Shown here piece after piece: positions 60,524 through 64,000 of a DNA stretch of 64,000 nucleotides. Position 1 is the stretch's first letter. Each line of letters opens with the position of its first letter. The stretch lies in assembly GCA_963700155.1 (NCBI GenBank), contig OY969472.1, positions 381,511 to 445,510 of the forward strand, in the 5' to 3' direction. The translations under genes were made by a program, and so were the position numbers. This DNA is from an uncultured bacterium (lineage in GTDB: Bacteria > Patescibacteriota > Dojkabacteria > J137). The notes below the pieces were generated by a model that saw nothing but the letters and a program-made list of their open reading frames with translations, searched no databases and was not told the DNA's origin.

Positions 60524-60637
60524 TCTGTTGATTTTAATGAATTAAATTTTTTTAATCAAGAATTCACATTTCTTCTCTTTACAAGATTCTATTCACAGTA
60601 TAGTATAAACTTAAGTAAATTATTATTCCCTAATAAA

Positions 60638-61186
60638 GTGATCCAAAAAATCTACGATATTCTAGAAGGTTCAATAGCATTAGTAGCTCTAATTGCAGTT
60701 GTTGGGATAAGTACTTTCAGCATTGTAGCTCTAAATCCTCAAATTTCTACAGAAGCTCAACCACAACAAAATGTTGCTGGAATAGTAACTAACAAAAATC
60801 AAGAACCAGTGTTTATAAATAACCTAGAAAATAATTCTGCAGATTATCAAAATAATCTTGTTTCTATGGAAGATTCTTCATATTTATATTCATCACATAT
60901 TATTGGAGGAAATGGAGCATCAGTTTTTAAATTTGTAGAAATTTATAATCCAAATAGTCAACCAAAAACAGTTATTTTCAATACCGAACTAATAGGCTCT
61001 GTTCAAAATGATTTAAAGATTAAAGTTTATGATGATATTGACACTTTAGTTTTATATTCTCCTGAAACTGGAGTTAATGAAGTTAAATTGACTATACCTG
61101 CAAATTCAAAGCGTACTTTAAATATAGCTTATGAATTTCTTCAAAAAATTAACTTTGGATTTGATGTTAAAATCAATTTGAGATAG
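60638..61186 (+). CDS. Membrane-anchored exported hypothetical protein
   Basis: N-terminal TM, VAG motif, beta-rich. Confidence 0.6.
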   Translation: MIQKIYDILEGSIALVALIAVVGISTFSIVALNPQISTEAQPQQNVAGIVTNKNQEPVFINNLENNSADYQNNLVSMEDSSYLYSSHIIGGNGASVFKFVEIYNPNSQPKTVIFNTELIGSVQNDLKIKVYDDIDTLVLYSPETGVNEVKLTIPANSKRTLNIAYEFLQKINFGFDVKINLR

Positions 61187-61246
61187 TTTCCCAAATATCG
61201 AGTAATTAGTTTATTCAGGTATACCTAGAATATAATTTAGTACAAT

Positions 61247-61278
61247 TTGTAAGGAGATTGTAAGAAAAATTTTATAAT
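61247..61278 (+). promoter_or_regulatory. Direct-repeat box plus -10 of recA
   Basis: TTGTAAGGA-GA-TTGTAAGAA at 61247-61266; TATAAT at 61273-61278. Confidence 0.65.
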
Positions 61279-61306
61279 ATTTATAAATACTTATTACGAT
61301 TATTTT

Positions 61307-62344
61307 ATGGCAAAAACTTCAGATGCAAAAAAAGAAAATACTCAAACTGTTGAAACTGAGAACAAGGGTAAAAATGAAGCAATAAAAATGGCTTTACAGC
61401 AAATTACTAAACAATTTGGAGAAGGTTCCATCATGACATTAGCCGATGAAAAAGTAAAAAAAATGGACTCAATTTCTACTGGAGCAATAGGATTAGATAT
61501 AGCTTTAGGTGTTGGTGGTGTTCCAAAGGGAAGGATTATTGAAATTTATGGACCAGAATCTTCAGGGAAAACAACTTTAGCAATGCATATTATGGCTGAA
61601 TCACAAAAGAATGGGGGAGTAGCAGCTTTAATTGATGCTGAGCATGCATTTGACCCAGGGTATGCAAAAAAGATTGGTATAAACACAGAAAATCTTTTAG
61701 TTTCTCAACCAGATTATGGTGAGCAAGCTCTTGAAATATTAGAAACATTATTAAGATCAGGTGCTGTCGATGTGATTGTAGTTGATTCAGTAGCAGCATT
61801 AACTCCTAAAGCAGAAATTGATGGTGAGATGGGAGATTCACATATGGGATTACAAGCTAGACTAATGAGCCAAGCTTTAAGAAAAATTACTGGAATTGCT
61901 AATAAAACTAATACTGTAGTAATTTTCTTAAACCAGTTAAGAATGAAAATTGGAGTAATGTTCGGTAATCCTGAAACAACTACCGGAGGAAATGCATTAA
62001 AGTTTTATGCATCAATAAGAATGGATATTAGACCAAGAGAAAAAATTACTAAAGGTGAAGAAGTTATTGGGAATCTTGTTAGAGTCAAAGTTGTTAAAAA
62101 CAAAGTTGCACCTCCTTTCAAAGAAGCAGAATTCGAAATTAGATACGGAGAGGGAATAGATAAGATATCAAGCTTAATCGATGCAGCTGTTAAATACAAT
62201 GTTATTGAAAAAGCAGGAGCATGGTATAGAAGAAATGGTGAAAATCTTGGACAAGGAAAAGATAGTATAAGGGAATTAATGAAAAATGATAAAAAATTAC
62301 TACAAGATGTTTGGAGTGATGTAAAAAAAGCAGCAGGATTGTAG
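61307..62344 (+). CDS. recA: Recombinase RecA
   Basis: [35 protein letters not shown]. Confidence 0.99.
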   Translation: MAKTSDAKKENTQTVETENKGKNEAIKMALQQITKQFGEGSIMTLADEKVKKMDSISTGAIGLDIALGVGGVPKGRIIEIYGPESSGKTTLAMHIMAESQKNGGVAALIDAEHAFDPGYAKKIGINTENLLVSQPDYGEQALEILETLLRSGAVDVIVVDSVAALTPKAEIDGEMGDSHMGLQARLMSQALRKITGIANKTNTVVIFLNQLRMKIGVMFGNPETTTGGNALKFYASIRMDIRPREKITKGEEVIGNLVRVKVVKNKVAPPFKEAEFEIRYGEGIDKISSLIDAAVKYNVIEKAGAWYRRNGENLGQGKDSIRELMKNDKKLLQDVWSDVKKAAGL

Positions 62345-62369
62345 AAGTTTACTGAACAGATTGTTTAAT

Positions 62370-62398
62370 AAAGGGCTCCGATTTATCGGAGCCCTTTT
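62370..62398 (+). terminator. Intrinsic terminator after recA
   Basis: AAGGGCTCCGA-TTTA-TCGGAGCCCTTTT. Confidence 0.85.
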
Positions 62399-62504
62399 CA
62401 AAATATCTTCTTATCTGCTTATATTATCTGTATATTCTACTTGAAGAAATGCCAAAAATGCTCTAAGCTCTACTTTATGAATCCTATTTTTAAGAAGATG
62501 AAAA

Positions 62505-63104
62505 ATGAGTATAGAAATACAATCTTTAGAACATTTATTTATATCAAAAGTAAGAATTAAAGCATTAAGATACTTTTTGACCAATACAAATACACCAATT
62601 CACTTAAGAGGTGCTGTGAGGGAATTCAATGAAGAAATTAATGCAGTAAGAAGAGAACTTTCAAGACTTGAAGAGATGAATCTAATTACAGCTGAGAACA
62701 AAGGGAATAGAAAATATTTTGTTACAAATTTAAAGCATTCATTTATTCCAGAATTAATGGGATTGTTTCATAAATCTTATGGTTTGGGTGGAAAAATAAT
62801 TGAGAATAGAAATAAAATTGGAGATTTAGAGTTTGCCTTTTTAACCGGTGCATTTACAAAGAATCATAATCATGGCGTTCATATAGTAGATTTGGTGTTA
62901 ATTGGAACAATAGACATGAAAGCTTTGGAAAGTATAATAAAAAAAGAAGAAGATGCAATAAATAAAGAAATACACTATACAGTACTTACTTCAAATGAAT
63001 TTCAGGTCAGAAAAAGACGAAAAGACCAGTTCATTAATGACCTTTTAGTTCAGGACTTGGTAATGTTAATAGGCTCTAGAGAAGATCTAATTGACGAACA
63101 GTAG
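62505..63104 (+). CDS. wHTH regulator fused to a degenerate nucleotidyltransferase-like domain
   Basis: SKVRIK, NAVRRELSRL, GNRKYF, VDLVLIG. Confidence 0.75.
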   Translation: MSIEIQSLEHLFISKVRIKALRYFLTNTNTPIHLRGAVREFNEEINAVRRELSRLEEMNLITAENKGNRKYFVTNLKHSFIPELMGLFHKSYGLGGKIIENRNKIGDLEFAFLTGAFTKNHNHGVHIVDLVLIGTIDMKALESIIKKEEDAINKEIHYTVLTSNEFQVRKRRKDQFINDLLVQDLVMLIGSREDLIDEQ

Positions 63105-63261
63105 AGTTACCAGATTAGTTAAAATTTACAATTTTATTATTACTAAGCTGATAATGATATTCAAGACTAATATTAATTTCAAATGCTCTTCCTACTTGAA
63201 TTATAGGGTTAGCAGGAATATAATTTAGTTGCTAAGTTAATTTTATTTTTAAAATTAAAAC

Positions 63262-63630
63262 ATGCCAAAAAATATAAATATAAACCAAATCTTACAACAG
63301 ATTCCAGGATTACTTCCTAATTATTGTGACAGATGTGGAATGAAACATGATAAATCAGATTTAGAAATTGTCAGCCAAGACAATGAAAAAGTTGTTTGCA
63401 GGCTTGGATGTACGAAATGTGGAAGTTCTTATATGATTCATATAAATAGTCCAGTTGATGGTATTGTTGCAGCTAAAAAATCAGCTTACAAAGTTGATGT
63501 AAGTCCAGCCGAAATTAAAAAGTTCTCATTAACTGAAGAGATTAATCAGGATGAGATTTTAGATGTCTTCATTGCGCTAAAAGATGTTGCGACAATCCAA
63601 GATTTTAATATTCTATTCGGAAGTGAGTAA
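63262..63630 (+). CDS. Zn-ribbon hypothetical protein
   Basis: CDRCG...CTKCG. Confidence 0.7.
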   Translation: MPKNININQILQQIPGLLPNYCDRCGMKHDKSDLEIVSQDNEKVVCRLGCTKCGSSYMIHINSPVDGIVAAKKSAYKVDVSPAEIKKFSLTEEINQDEILDVFIALKDVATIQDFNILFGSE

Positions 63631-64000
63631 AAGAATTTTTGAAGTATTATAAAGTTCATCTGGAACTTCCATTTTTTCAGCAGAAGTTAATATAAATTGA
63701 AATTTTTCTGAAGCTAGATACTTAGCTATCTTTTTTCTATTGATATTATCAAGCTCAGACATTAAGTCATCAATTAAAAAAATTGGATAAGCATTAAACT
63801 TAGAGTAGTAATAAGTCAGCTGGGAAACCTTTATTAAAAATGTAGCCAGTCTCTGCTGGCCTCGTGAACCAAAAAAGCGAAGATCTTTCCCCGAATGGAG
63901 TAATCTATAGTCATCTTTATGTATTCCATATAAGGTTTTCCCAGCTGCTATTTCTTTAGATATACCTTCATTAAACTTTATGCTGAGTGCATTTTCAAAA
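63613..64000 (-). CDS. recF: DNA repair protein RecF, C-terminal part (runs off the right edge)
   Basis: Manual translation GIHKDD...GSRGQQRL...PIFLIDDLMSELD...QFILTS. Confidence 0.9.
   Translation of the reverse strand, partial: FENALSIKFNEGISKEIAAGKTLYGIHKDDYRLLHSGKDLRFFGSRGQQRLATFLIKVSQLTYYYSKFNAYPIFLIDDLMSELDNINRKKIAKYLASEKFQFILTSAEKMEVPDELYNTSKILLLTSE

Noticed and set aside
4318-62199. Many short ORFs in the track that overlap longer genes, mostly antisense (e.g. 4714-4968, 6816-7109, 14539-14943, 17103-17444, 28038-28442, 58133-58495)
   Set aside because: They are shadows of well-supported genes and carry no motifs.
1-64000. CRISPR array, integrase, transposase, prophage or rRNA
   Set aside because: No regularly spaced repeat-spacer series or recognisable motifs were seen.
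1-64000. Alternative genetic code (UGA=Gly)
   Set aside because: Core genes are full length in the standard code, and the two broken genes are frameshifts rather than in-frame UGA.

Overview
AT-rich bacterial chromosome segment read in the standard code. Gene content and style suggest a reduced CPR/Patescibacteria genome, possibly Dojkabacteria-like; this taxonomy is inference only. Core genes: infB (partial), infA-rpmJ-rpsM-rpsK-rpsD-rpoA-rplQ-rplM-rpsI, hisS, hup, recJ, recA, recF (partial), tRNA-Leu(CAG) and tRNA-Ala(CGC). Accessory content: a PAS two-component cassette flanked by a 109-bp duplication of the yraN 3' end, a Phd/PIN toxin-antitoxin pair, an Erm-like rRNA methylase with an attenuator-like leader, a ~22-kb surface glycosylation locus, and a secreted S74-like/M23 operon. 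The most unusual signal is non-coding, at 51108-51341. A D-arm-less tRNA/tmRNA-like RNA (G3.U70 acceptor, T-arm, GUC loop) is followed by a separately promoted and terminated ~65-nt RNA. Two segments of that small RNA are perfectly complementary, in permuted order, to 20 contiguous nt of the tRNA-like arm. The promoter of the tRNA-like RNA shares an 11-bp-period TTGTAAGAA direct-repeat box with recA and the secreted operon. No CRISPR array, integrase, transposase or rRNA was seen. All calls come from reading the sequence by eye, without database searches.
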